64,000 nt of DNA from the human T2T-CHM13v2.0 reference genome, Homo sapiens, in the NCBI RefSeq assembly GCF_009914755.1, contig NC_060933.1; one strand, given 5' to 3'. A model generated the notes under the pieces. That model had not been told where the DNA came from. It was given only the letters and a program-made list of their open reading frames with translations, and ran no database searches. Position numbers and translations under genes: made by a program. Positions within the stretch are counted from its first letter, which is position 1; each line of letters opens with the position of its first letter. Shown here piece by piece: positions 42,901-58,702 of this stretch.

Positions 42901-43220
42901 TGGAATGTTTTTCCATTTGTTTGTGTCCTCTCTTATTCCTGAGCAGTGGTTTGTAGTTCTCCTTGAAGAGGTCCTTCACATCCCTTGTAAGTTGTATGTT
43001 GTATTCCTAGGTATTTATTCTCTTAGTAGCAATTGTGAATGGGAGTTCACTCATGACTTGACTCTCTGTTTGTGTGTTATTGGTGTATAGGAATGCTTGT
43101 GATTTTTGCACACTGATTTTGTATCCTGAGACTTTGGTGAAGTTGCTTATCAGCTTAAGGAGATTTTGGGCTGAGATGATGGGGTTTTCTAAATGTACAA
43201 TCGTGTCATCTGCAACAGGG
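42898..43220 (-). mobile_element. L1PA ORF2 internal fragment (inverted part)
   Basis: Minus frame [33 protein letters not shown], the FADD region of RT. Confidence 0.97.
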
Positions 43221-44320
43221 TGACTATCATTGAATATTACAAGGAAAGTTCTAGCCAAAATAATAACAATTAAAATGAAAAAAAAATACTAGAAACAAAA
43301 TCATTAGTATTTGGGGATGATATAATTGCTTTTCTTTAAAAAACCCAAGAGAAAAAACTATTATAGAATTAAGAAAGTTAAGAAATATTCTACAAATATT
43401 AATCGTGCACGCACCATGGCAAATCCTGAGGCAGGTACTAGGGACACAACAGTGAGTAAAAAGAGGGACCCAGGATGCACTGTAGAGTCTAACAGAGAAT
43501 AAAATTAAAATATAAGTTTCTCATACTGTTTTTTTTTCCTTTGTTCACAAAACAAATGCAAGTAACATCGGTTCCATTTTCAGGCAATTCAGTAAATGGG
43601 CTTCATAAGCCCACTAATAAATGTGAAAAACCCAACAGCTTTTCCATAATAAGTAAGTACTAGTTACAAGATACAATTTAAGAAGTCTATTCACTACAAC
43701 AATCAAAAACAAAATATAAAATAACTAGGAATAAATTTAACAGGAAACGTAGGACCCATATAAATAAAAGGACAAGATTTCATTTACTGGCCAGTTACGG
43801 TAGCTCACACCTGTAATCACAGCACTTTGGGAGGCCGAGGCGGGTGGATCGATCACCTGAGGAGTTCGAGACCAGCCTGGCCAACATGGGGAAACCCCAT
43901 CTCTACTAAAAATACAAAAATTAGCCGGGCGTGGTGGTGGGCACCTGTAATCTCAGCTACTCAAGAGGTTGAGGCAGGAGAATTGCTGGAACCCGGGTGG
44001 TGGAGTTTGCAGTGAGCCGAGATCGTACCATTGTACTCCAGCCTGGGTGACAACAGCAAGACTCCATCTCAAAAAAAAAAAAAAAATTCCTTTACTTAAG
44101 TAAAAAGGAGAAGACATTTAAAAAAGAAAGGAAAAAAAAAAAAAAACAAGACATACCACATTACTGGACTTTAAGTATAAATTTTCCCAAAATCAATCTA
44201 TATGTTTAGTGTGATCACATTCAAAACCAATGGGGTTTTTTTAGAGGTTAACAAATGATTCTAAATTTTATATGAAGAATAAATGTGTGGGAATGGCCAA
44301 AAATTATCCTTTAAGGAAAA
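43221..44320 (+). mobile_element. ancient L1 ORF2 remnants, interrupted by an L2-like piece and an Alu
   Basis: GAAAGTTCTAGCC, TATTTGGGGATGATATAATTG, TAGGAATAAATTTAAC, TGATTCTAAATTTTATATGAAG. Confidence 0.65.
43789..44086 (+). mobile_element. AluS
   Basis: Full dimer; degenerate TSD ATTTCATTTACT / ATTCCTTTACT. Confidence 0.95.
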
Positions 44321-44651
44321 CATGAAATGAACTACTCCTAAACAGAACTCACGACATCAGCCCCACATCTTCAGACACAAGTAGGCTGAGCTACCTGGCT
44401 CTACTGCAAGGCTCCCCAGTCCTTGTCCCTGCATGTGCAGCAGTAAGGGCAGGGGCATATTTTTACACGCAGCTGGTGTATGCCCTCATTTCTGTGAACC
44501 ACTCACTTCAGAACAACTCTCCCAAAAAAGCAGGTCTAACGTGTATGGAAAATGCTGTCAGCAGAAGGAGCAGAAATTCATTAGGAAGAGTTCACAACCA
44601 CACTGAGATTCAAGTCAATTCTTTGAGGGAAACATAGAAATAGGAAGCAAT

Positions 44652-45014
<363 letters not shown>

Positions 45015-45549
45015 TTAACTAAAGTCCTTACTGGGTTATTATATAATAAGGTAAAACTTAATTTTCTCATATGGTGAATACTATATACTTAGATTCTTAC
45101 AAAAACCTAGAAGTCAAAGCAATAATATTTAGCTGTTATATTTGCATCTCCTTTAATTTTTAATAATCTTTAAAATATAACTCATTCATCCAACCATTAT
45201 ATTCCTGAATTTCTTATGAAAATTCAGCACACACCAAGAATGAAAGGTTAAGCCTGTTTTGTAGGCACAAAGAAACTTTAAGACACTGAAGAACTCGCCA
45301 TATATCAACAGAGCAAGTAAGCTGGAGCTGAGGCTGGGGCTGAGCTTTCAATTTCTGGGTCTGAAACAGGGACCCTCCAGATGCCCCCATCCATTCCACA
45401 GCCATGAGCTAATGAGGTCCAGGGCATTATAAAGTTATCCCCATGTACACAGTCAGCTGCATTCTGTTCTGAAACTACAGGCTGCATGTCCAATCCTGAC
45501 CAGACAGCTGTCTTTAAAATTTTAATATACATTGCTCCAAGAGGGACTA

Positions 45550-45760
45550 ATGATAGTAACTACCACATGCCATGCTTACTATGTGTGAGATACTGTTGTA
45601 AGGACTTTAAAGACACTCATGTAATCTTTGCAGCACTCCTTATGTACTAGGCACTAGTACAATCATACCCAATTTACAGATGATAAAACTGAGGCACAGA
45701 AAGGCCACCTAACATCTTGGAGGTCAGAGGGGAGGATAATGGCCTGCACTTTCAACACCC
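45550..45760 (-). mobile_element. MIR
   Basis: TGCTTACTATGTG...AATTTACAGATGATAAAACTGAGGCACAGAAAGG. Confidence 0.8.
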
Positions 45761-46431
45761 AGGATGCAAGGCTGCCTAGTGCTATAGCTGCTCACACAGA
45801 TCTCCACCTCTCTGCATGCCCCAAGGCCAGCTGAGAAGACTCTCTGTAATGAAAAAATATGCAAAGGATGGCTCAACCTAACTACCCCACGTTCTAAGGT
45901 TTAATTAATACAAACTGCAAAGCATGACGGATTGCTGCTGTTCACCTTGCTCCTATAATGATTCATACAAAATACTCAGGTAAATCCTCATTTTACTTTG
46001 TTGCATAGCTTGAAATATTCTTGTACAGTGTTTGGAATGATTCAAACTATAAAATTCTACCTGCCAAATAATAAAGTGGATCACTGTGAAGTCTTAGTTT
46101 GGTATCAGCCCACTGTGACAACCCCTCAATGGATCGACTCAGCCTTGCTCAGATGGCCCTTGGTGCTCCCTGTCTTGTATTGTGTCTTTACCTAGTTAGC
46201 CAAAATACAAGTTCCCTACAGGGCCCATCCCCTAGAGCCTTGCAAAATCCTCTGTACATAAGTAACTCAACACTTTTTTGGTGACCCAGGATTAAGTGGG
46301 ATAAAAAATTGTATTGCAGCAAACGAAAACATTTAAGTGCCGTAAATAAATCTTGGACAGTCACATTTAAATCATTCTGACAACTAAGCTCTCACTGCTA
46401 GCAATTCTCTAACTCACCACAGCCAACTTTT

Positions 46432-46952
<521 letters not shown>

Positions 46953-47429
46953 CCGTTATCGGCCTTTTAATGGAGAGCAACAGGAAGAACAATCCTATAA
47001 AGCTCTCACTGCAATGAGAGTCATAGGATTCAGTGTGTTCTTTTGAAGACCCTTCTGAGAGCTGTCCTTCTGATCCTGGCATCGGGAAGAGCCATGTCAC
47101 TGTTAAACAGTTTGTTTTAAAGATACTACAAGTGGTATAACTGATAAGGCTTCTATGTTATGCCAGTTGCTAGCAAGCTCCATGCCCAGTTTGAGGTTCA
47201 CTGACATTATGTGTATCATTTCATTCTGATTCCATTTACTATCCTGCAGTTGTTTTAACTTTTTGTCTTCCACCTGCTTCTAATTTATATTAGTTTATAT
47301 TTAACAAAAGCATCTTTAAATGCTTTTAGAAAAAGGTAGAACACAAAGTAAAGTGCCCAGTAAATGTTCAGCTCATTTTCAACAATCAAGGCTGAAGAAC
47401 AACTGGGGTCAGGTGTTAAGAGTCCTAAC

Positions 47430-48092
<663 letters not shown>

Positions 48093-49894
48093 CTAGACTA
48101 TATTAACAGCAAATCAATTCCTGATAGAGAAATCTGCAGCTACAATTATTAGGCAGGATTTCACACCTGCTGGGAGAATCTCAGAGTACCCCTTTTTATC
48201 TCCTTTATCTTGAAAAATGGGATTATTTAGAAATTAGGCCTGAGAGAGGCAAAATGAGACACACTGGATAAAGGCAACTATTTATAAAGCCTCCTAAGGC
48301 AGAGCGCTTCCTTCAGCTATTGGCACTAACCCTCTAGTTAGCTCCTTCCCTGGCCCTTCTCCACACTCCATTCCCCACCCTAACCCCATCTCAGTACTAC
48401 TGTCTCCACAACAACACAGATTAAGGCCAAAAGCAAAAATGGCAAAATCAAGTCCTCATTCTCCAAGGGCTCCTACCCCAAGACTTTCTTCCTTGACCGC
48501 CCACATGGAGGCGCCATGAACACAACTATCCACACTTCCCAAGGTCAAAACAAAATTGAGCTCCCTCTTGAAAAAAAAACAACAGCAGCTACCATTGTTC
48601 AACCCACAGGCATTCAGAGTGTTCATACAGCAAAGTCGAAATTTCCCCTTTCAGGAAGTTCCTGGGAGGAAGTCAGTGCCCTGAAGCTCAGCCACTCCTC
48701 AGACTAGAGAAAACAAAGGCAACGCAGACATGCACTCTCCAGAATGGCCATGGCATCCCAGAACAAGAAGCGGGGTTCTGCAACCCTGGAGCATTAGCCA
48801 GGGTGCTGGGCTTCCCCAGCAGCCCCTTATAGGAGGAACATTTTCACTTTGCAAGTCTGAAGAAGGCTAGTGGGGTTCTTTCCTTTATGTTTCTTCTATC
48901 TAAATACTTCTGCCATATTTTGATCAGGATCCAACCATGAAACCAGTTGAATACCTGAATGGGATCATGGGTGTAGTTATCTGTCACCTTGCCCCAACTT
49001 AACCCCCTTGTCCTGATTCTTTGGAAACCAGAACCCTCCACCAGTGGCAACAGCAGTCCCTGGTACCCTAGTAATAACAGTAATGTCATAGTATGCGTGG
49101 AAAATTATTCCTGACACTGTACATCTACAATTTGCTGAAATTCTTCCTTTTTCTTAAATTATATGAAAAGTAATACATGTGCAGGTAACTTTTCCTAAAC
49201 AGAAGCATGGTAAAAAGTGGAAAGTAAGTGTCTCTGGGCCCATACTCCCCATTTCCACTCCCTTCCATTATTGCTTTTACAGTCCTTCTATGGTGATCAG
49301 CTTAACGAAATGACAGGCTTCTATCCCTGATGTGTCAACTTCAGACAGAATCTACTGACTTACCGCCTCCCCCGTATCTAACTCATTCACACTTACTTCA
49401 CCTCTATTTTGTCTCTAGTTTTCTTGATTATACTATTTTTAGTCCTTCAATTGGTTAGCTCTGTTTCCTGTTTCAGCAGTATTACACAGTATTTCTCTAC
49501 ATCCCACCATGTAAAAGAAGAAAATGAGTACCAAGGTCCCTCTCCCTCCTGCCTCTTTTCCTGCCTTCTAGCCTCAGGCTTCTGTCTGCTCTTTCACTCC
49601 CTTTGCATTGCTAGATTTTAAAACCTTGATGATTGTTTTCTCTCTGTAGTTATAATTACATCTTTCCTGTCTTGTGTGGGGATTAACCAATAAACTATTT
49701 AGCTACATCCACAGCAGTATGATTGTGTAAATATTACCTCCCACAAAACCAACAGCAATGCTCAACTCCTAGAAAAGGAAATAGAACCCTTTATCAGTGA
49801 ACCTGAGTCAAATGGGTTCTCTTTTCTTACACTCCACTAAATGTTCAAAACTATTATCACACTTTAGTTTGGTTTTTCACTTTTAAAAAAAATG

Positions 49895-50514
<620 letters not shown>

Positions 50515-51159
50515 TATATGAAAGAACTATTTGATATCTACCTGTCATGGCCAATATTTGTGTCCATGTTGTTCTTTTTTTCAATCAAAACTACACTCAT
50601 ATGACCTCAATACCAGCTGGAGTTCATCCCCTTCTAGTAGGGAAGTGCCCCTTACTAGGAAAGCACAAGGGAACAGTTAACGAGCTAAACAATTAAGCTA
50701 ATAAAAAGAACCTCTGAGGTCCCAAAGCCCCAGGGTGCATGCCCAAGGAGGGGGAGACTGAACTCTCTGGAAGACTAAAAAATAGCCCCTTCTTTGATTA
50801 CAATTCTGAACTGCATCTTATGATACTAAGATACTTTCACAAGCAACATGCAACATATATGCCTCACAATTAAGACGCTAGGTGAAAAGATGGCTTACTT
50901 AGCATGTTCAGTTTTTCTTTGTTCCCCCTATGTGTAGGTTTGCTACATGATTTGGCATCTTGGCTACCTGATTTTGGTTAATGTTTATTTGCTGAAAAAC
51001 AACGTAAGACAAACAATAAAAAACACAGTCTCAAATTATGTACTTGGCCATGTTATGAGACAGAAAATAGGTCATAACATCTAGAAGAGAGAAAGCTGCC
51101 TGTTCCTAGAGACAAATTAATTTATGAAAATAGACAAAGTTACAAGAGAATCAATGCTG

Positions 51160-51400
51160 CACAACAGAAAGAGCAACGGCTGTGGGGTAACAGAATGCTG
51201 AGTTCAAATCCTGGATAAACTACGTTCTTTGTGGTGTGACCTCAAGCCTTGAAAGAGTTACTGAAGTTTTCTGAACCTTTGTTTCTTACCCTGTACAACA
51301 GGCACAATACCACCTCCTCTGCAGGGGTACTATGAAGGCAGACTGTGATGTGTATATAGCAAAAAGCATAGCCCCTGGTGCTCATAAACCAGTGCTGAGT
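51160..51400 (+). mobile_element. MIR
   Basis: GAGTTCAAATCCTGG...GTGTGACCTC...TCTGAACCTTTGTTTCTTACCCTGTACAA. Confidence 0.7.
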
Positions 51401-53877
51401 AACACCAGATCTTGCATTTCAGTATCAAGTGTCTCTCGAATTAGCCACAGTAAGTGAGGACTGAGCATCAAGCTGTAGTACTTACTCAGGTCCTAAGAAA
51501 ATATGAGGAGGAGAATGAGTATTATTATTCTTGTCATAAAACTAAAGAAAATATACAAAATGAAGATCTACAATGCTAGACGGAAATTTGGTCAAAGATC
51601 ATGTTACTACAAAATTATTTTATAATTAAACTCTCTGGGATATTAAAAAATAGCCCCTTTTATTACAGTTCTGAACTGCACTTTATCATATCAAGATATT
51701 TTGAAAAGCAACATGCAACGTGCCTTATGCCTTACCATAGACAATTAAGAAGCAATTCCAAAAGATACCACTTTACTAGTTTAAAAAAAAAACACAATTC
51801 ACAATTTATCCAAATTCAACAGTTCAGGAAAAAAGAAAGGCTTTGTATGTGAATCACTTGATAGGCTAGATTACAAAATCATGAATTCTAGAATTCTGGA
51901 AGATGAATACTCCCACACTTTGATACATATGTAAGAATCATGCATAGAAACATGATGTCACTAAAACAACTTCAAAACTGTGGCAGTATTTCAAGCTCCA
52001 CCTCTCACAGTTCTATGAATTTTATTCTCTGGAATCTAAACAGGCTCTTCCTTCATTGCTTTCATCTGCTTAATCCATGCTATATCAGTGATTTAAACCT
52101 ACAATGATTTCTATCTGAAAGGATATTGCCAGACTCCCACACACTTACAAAAATAGCTTCTATTAGAAAGTGAGTGGTGAGGTGTTAGATTCAGACCCCC
52201 CATTTAAATACACGGATTTTTCCACATTTATTTAATTACATTAGTATACAATATTATGTAAGCCTTTACTTTCATTATTTAATTGGCCTTTCCCTATCTC
52301 TCCATAAAGTCAATATTAAGCCTGCTTTGAATTTCTACTCACTGCCAATATTCTGCCATACATAGTATTTCCTTTAATCAATCAAGACAAAAAAAATAGT
52401 ATTTAAAATGCTTTTAATCATCAAAAAAAGAGAGGAAAAAATATAATCAGTCCTTTTGTTTATGAAGGATACTTTCAACTGTTTAGGAAATTCATTTCTA
52501 AATATACCTTCTGAGCACTTCCTTTGCAAGAGGCTGTGCCCTACAGGCCATGTGAAGACGCTGAAGGCAAAGTCCAGTCATGCAGAAGGTGTGGAAGGCC
52601 ACGGCACAGCAGGGCAAGTCAGAGCAAGGGAGGTGCATGCAGAGGCAAAAAATAACATTCACTGTGAATCAGGAAGTTCATAGCTGGCTGTGCACTCCCA
52701 GGCTGTATACTCTATTTTGCATGCAACCAAAAGTCCAGTAGGCTGAGGTGTCTTTAAAATACTTATCCCTTTTGACAACCTTATCTTAAATCTCCTTTCT
52801 CTCAAATTTCATGATTATTTCTCATGTCCCTAGCCTTAGGGAAAAGCTATTAGACATGTCTCAAGAACTCATTAACCAGGTGTTCTTCGCAGCTCCAGAA
52901 CTCATCTTCCCATATAGAATAAAAACTAGAAAGCTTTTGCATTTTCACTCTGCTGCTCAATTTTACCTTGATTGGAATTCCCTATCACTTCCATATGGCT
53001 AGTTAACTGCCTAACCATCCATAAGAGTGATTACAAACTGTGGAATTATGAATTTAACAATTAACTGACTTGATAGATTTGAGGAGGGTGCTCTGTTCTG
53101 TGTTTAGGTTCCTGAGGTAGAAAAGTCTCTTGGTATCTGATTTAGGTTCCTACCTGGAAGCTGGGTCACATCAAGCCATCCCAGGCCAATGACTAGCCAA
53201 CCTACTGCTAATTCTTAGCACAGAAAGATTATACAACCTATGACTACCATTACTGGTAAGCATTTCATACCCACTCATCATGTTTGTCTATGTGCTTATA
53301 GAAAGTCTTTTCATTTTTGGCAAAGCAGTATCACTATTCTCAGAGTTTTATAAAAAAGAAATGATTCTGGTCTTTGTAGGGAGGTGTGGGCTCAAATTCC
53401 ACTCCTGCCACGCAGTTCAAAACAAATTAGAGAAACACTTGACCACTGATGTTGGCGAAGTAAAACAAAAATTTTTTTAATTGAATCCTCTTACTTAAGA
53501 ATGGCAAGTTAAAGATCAGTCAATTATGGGAATAATGTTATAGGCTTCTGAAACCTCACAGAAATTTTCCACATGGAGAATCTCTTCTACACCTTTTCAT
53601 GGGGTTATGAGAGAGACATATGACATGGGGGACGGGGAGACCACCATTCTATCTTAGAAGTATGATACAAACAAACATTAGCCTATTCTGAGAAGTAATG
53701 TGAACTCCCTGAAAAGCTTTTTCAGAAGTATTTACAGCACCTGAACATTTCAGGGGAATAAAAATGCCATCAAATATTCATTGCACAGTAGTGAAAGATG
53801 CATTCTCATTAATGAATCCTCTACCTGTATCGAACTGTTGATTCTATGTTTAAAAAAAAAAAAAAAAAAGTCAAAAC

Positions 53878-54076
53878 CACAGGAAGGGGAACATCACACA
53901 CCAGGGCCTGTCGTGGAGTGGGGAGAGGGGGGAGGGATAGTAATGGGAGATATACCTAATGTAAATGACGAGTTAATGGGTGCGGCACACACCAACATGG
54001 CACATGTATACATATGTAACAAAAATGCACGTTGTGCACATGTACACTAGAACTTAAAGTATAATAATAAAAAAAT
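53878..54076 (+). mobile_element. L1PA 3' end, 5'-truncated TPRT insertion
   Basis: CACAGGAAGGGGAACATCACACACC...AGAACTTAAAGTATAATAATAAA; 16-bp TSD AAAAAAGTCAAAACCA at 53864-53879 and 54077-54092. Confidence 0.97.
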
Positions 54077-54641
54077 AAAAAAGTCAAAACCAGTATTAAC
54101 AAGATAAAAACTTTTTTAGAAGAACCATAACAGAGAAAATACCTACATGGGTCTCTAACTGGCCCCTATATAATGTACCAATGCTTGAATTCATCAATTA
54201 TTTACACTACCCAGAATTCTGCTGTACTGGGGTAGAAAGGGCTGAAGTAACTGTGGAAACACTGCCTACATAGAAACTGGCACTTTGTTTCTCACTTGCC
54301 AGCTAGTTCTATGCAACAGTATGAACTCGTGCATGGTGATAACATTTACATAGTATGTATCTGTGGAGTGCTGAGCATCAAAATCATGCTTTCATAGAAA
54401 GCAACTGCGTCATTTTAGGTAAGAGGGCTGACCTATTAGTAGCCAACTCTTGCTGCTAAAAATCTTCTAAAGGACTTGTGTGGATGTAGGTGTTTATTCC
54501 CTCCCAAATTCCTCCATGGGTAGCCTCAGTACCTCACCAACCTTTTGGTTCTCACCCTGCTGGGAGATGACTCCTCTGGGCCCCTCCCCTCTGGAACTGA
54601 GAGGACTGGTATGGCCTTGAGCCTCTTCGAAGAGCCATTTG

Positions 54642-54754
54642 CCTTATTCCTCATAGTTGGTGTATGTGTCTTTTACTTCTTTCTTTCAAGGTTGGTGTAT
54701 TCCTTATTCCTCATAGTTGGTGTATGTTGCCTTTTGCCTCTTTCTTTCAAGGTT
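54642..54754. repeat. two-copy tandem duplication, period 60
   Basis: CCTTATTCCTCATAGTTGGTGTATGT...TCTTTCTTTCAAGGTT at 54642 and 54702. Confidence 0.92.
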
Positions 54755-55278
54755 CCCCTTACTGTGGCACAGGGTTTGGCTGAGCAGCTCATTTTCTGGC
54801 ATTTTATGGAAACACAGAAAAGTATCTATGCACTTAAAATCAGCATCACTAGCAGATCTAGTCTTGCCTTTGGCATCACCAGCAGGAGAATTTAGTGACT
54901 GAAATGACCACTGACTCTATTCCACTCTTTTAGTGGGGAGGACTCTTTCCTAGGAAGTCACGGTCAGAACTTGCTGTATCCTAAAGGAAGTCCACTCCAA
55001 GAGACAGGAAGATTTACCGAGATCCTACTGTGTGGGCATTTTGCTCAGAACTGAGGGATACAGAAATAAAAGATCTAACACGTTGTGCTTTTATTCAAAG
55101 ACTCTCTCTCTCTCCTCAAAAGTCATCCTGGGTTTTTGCAGCATATGCAAGTAGAATTTTGGAGAGCAAAAAAAAAAAAAAAAAAAAAAAAATCACCTAG
55201 ATGAAGTTGGTCATCTAGGCAGGTAGGGCACAAGCAGAAAGTTTTTGAATTTTAGTTGAAGTACGTAGATTTCTGGGA

Positions 55279-55575
55279 TTTTTTTGCTTTTCTTTTTTTT
55301 TTTTTGAGACAGGGCCTCACTGTCACCCAGGCTGGAGTGCAGTGGCATGATCTCGGCTCACTGCAGCCTCGACCTCCTGGGCTCAAGTGATCCTCCCACC
55401 TTAGCCTCCTGAGTAGCTGGGACTACTGGCATGCACCACCACGTGGCTAATTTTTCGTATTCTTTGTAGAGATGGGGTCTTGCCATGTTGCCCAGGCTGG
55501 TCTCGAACTCCTGGACTCAAGCAATTCGGCCTCCCAAAGTGCTGGGATTACAGGCGTGAGCCACCACATCCAGCC
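55279..55575 (-). mobile_element. AluJ
   Basis: CTGCAGCCTCGACCTCCTGGGCTCAAGTGATCCTCCCACC diagnostic. Confidence 0.95.
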
Positions 55576-56144
55576 TGAAGTACCTGTTTAACTGTGTTTA
55601 TTCTTAACTGCCTTAGAGTTGATGAAATAGTTAACAAAGTCCTTGGAAAAGATAAGATTCCCAAAAGTATGAATTCGCATAATTTTTGGTTTCTGTAGAA
55701 CTCTTACAAACAAGTAGCTCCTTATTGTCTTGAAATACCTTTTTAAAACATTCTCTTTTAAAAAATTCCCTTGGTATAACATTATATAACCAAAAACCTG
55801 CAGTTTTAAGAGAAGTATACCCAGGGATTCAGTGCAGGTGCTCTAACGCAGGGGTTCATTCCACATTTTGAGAAACTCTGCTTTACAATGCACAGAGCAG
55901 AGCCAGAGAGAGAAACTCTCTGATTCACTTATTATAACTGACAAAGGGACCAGGCTCCCGAGTGAAGAATGGAGCAATCCTCCAACATCTATTCAGGTAT
56001 TTAAGAGGTGAGAGGAGAAAGCAGAGAATTACAAAATCAAAATGGACTACCATTTGAGGATCCTGATACTATGGCAAGGAAATGGCAATTTTATGGCATG
56101 GACATACACTAGTTCCCCCTACATGGTTTTCAAAAGAGTTTGTG

Positions 56145-56488
<344 letters not shown>

Positions 56489-56689
56489 TTACAGAGATCC
56501 ACATCACATCATATAATGGAGGAGACTGAAGACATTAATTGTGAGCAGTCACTGTTGCAGAAATTCCTACTCCCCAAGTAGAGGATAGTTGTATGTCATT
56601 CAAATATTACATACCCTATAAAAGTACAAGGTGTTAAGCTTCACAGCTTAAAACACAGTAACTGATTATGTGTTTTTAGATTAGTACAA

Positions 56690-57003
56690 TTTTTAATTTT
56701 TCTATTTTTATTTTTTTTGAGACAGAGTCTCGCTCTGTGGCTCAGGCTGGAGTGCAGTGGCATGATCTCGGCTTACTGCAATCTCTCTGCCTCCCGGGTT
56801 CAAGCGATTCTCCTGCCTCAGCCTCCTGAGTAGCTGGGATTACAGGCATGCACCACCACACCCGGCTAATTTTTTGGATTTTTAGTAGAGATGGGGTTTC
56901 ACTGTGTTGGTCAGGCTGGTCTCAAACTCCTGACCTCAGGTGATCCACCCGCTTCAGCCTCCCAAAGTGCTGGGATTACAGGCATGAGCCACCGCACCTG
57001 GCC
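56690..57003 (-). mobile_element. AluSx-like
   Basis: Full reverse dimer. Confidence 0.95.
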
Positions 57004-57616
57004 TAAGTATGATTTTTTAAAACAGCTGTCATTCAAATTTAAATGAACTTTGATCTTCTTGACACAAAGACTTTTTTTTCCTTTTTCTGGACAGTTTGAC
57101 TGTATACGGCCTTAATATTCGAAGCAGTCAGAAAGATACCCTAACTAGAAAGTACAATCCACCTCTACTGTTGCTTCTTCCTAGAATGTCCTAGCATTGC
57201 CATAGTTTAAAGTCCCACATCAATATTTGTTTATTCTCCAGCCATGCAGATTATAGCCACCACCACCTTTCCCTTGCCACATAGCTGCTGCAAGATATCT
57301 GGCTCATACCTGCTGTTTACATACAGATTTCCCATCCAACAGAATCCTGTTGCTCTAAGCAACACTATTAGCCTAACAGAAACAGCCATTCTAAGTAACC
57401 TTTGAATCTTACTGAGCTTCACAGTATTGTGCACCCTGGTCCAGATTCAGATTTGACATTTGAGGCTAACTGTGACTATTGCTAATGAAACCAAAATAAT
57501 CTCTATAAAAGCAGCAACCCTCAAACCTAATCAAAGCTCAAACCTTAAGCCTCAGTTTCTAAGAGAGGTCTACCCTGGCTCCTCCTACCATCATTCTTTC
57601 TTGCAGTGCCTGTTAA

Positions 57617-57918
<302 letters not shown>

Positions 57919-58702
57919 CTTTTTTTTTTTTTTTTTTTTTTAACCTTTTCTTCAGAGTTTTGATAAGGGTTTTTAAATTATTTACATATGTGTGTATTAG
58001 TAACTGTTCTCTACTTGTTTGGAAGCTCCATGAGGATAAAGATTTTATTCTTTTATTTATCATTATATTGATAATGCTTAGCACAGCACCTGCATATCAT
58101 ACATATGAAAGAAATGGTTCCTAAGTGATGGAAACAATTCAAGATATTAAAGGTGCAAACTGGTTACTACCCTCACTACATGCATCTTCAGTCTGGTCTG
58201 GCATTTGAGGGCCACTTGTTCTTCCTTTTCTTTTCTTTGCCTGTCGTCATGTTGTTGGGAAAGCAAAAACAATACTAATTCCATATGAAGTTCTGCTTTA
58301 TGGCATGTAGGCTTATCATCTGCAAGCAGCACCATGCAGACTATAAAAGTGTCAATATTATCTTGAGTATCTCTTTGGGTCTGCAGAGTCATTGGCACAT
58401 GAAAGCCTCTGGGTGCTTGCTTTCAAGGACTTCTGAAATGGTAGGAGTCAGTTAGACCGAAAAAAAAAATCCTTGCGGTTGAGAATTACATATAATTCCC
58501 ATGTTTTGAGGCATATCAGAGTAACATATGCTGAATAAAACCAGACACTCTGATTCACTCTTTTGATGACAGAAAAGGACTGGACACCACTAATCTAATA
58601 GAAGCATCTAAATGGTTTTGCAATTAAGTAACACTATGTCCTTGTGAATATCTCTCGGCAATCCACCTGCTTGATCACAGCCAGAGTTCTAATCTATACA
58701 TG

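Noticed and set aside
42150-42942. Reverse-transcriptase ORFs as a novel retroelement system
   Set aside because: Ordinary frameshifted L1PA ORF2 fragments
48498-48516. CTCF-like motif CCACATGGAGGCGCC
   Set aside because: Mismatch at the conserved core A; too weak to call without ChIP data
50761-50875. H/ACA snoRNA reading of the duplicated 115-bp unit (ANANNA mid-unit, ACA near the end in both copies)
   Set aside because: I cannot fold two convincing hairpins, the boxes are common in AT-rich DNA, and it lies on the strand opposite the inferred host
54642-54754. CRISPR-like repeat-spacer pattern (also considered at 22603 and 26856)
   Set aside because: Only two copies, eukaryotic context, no cas genes
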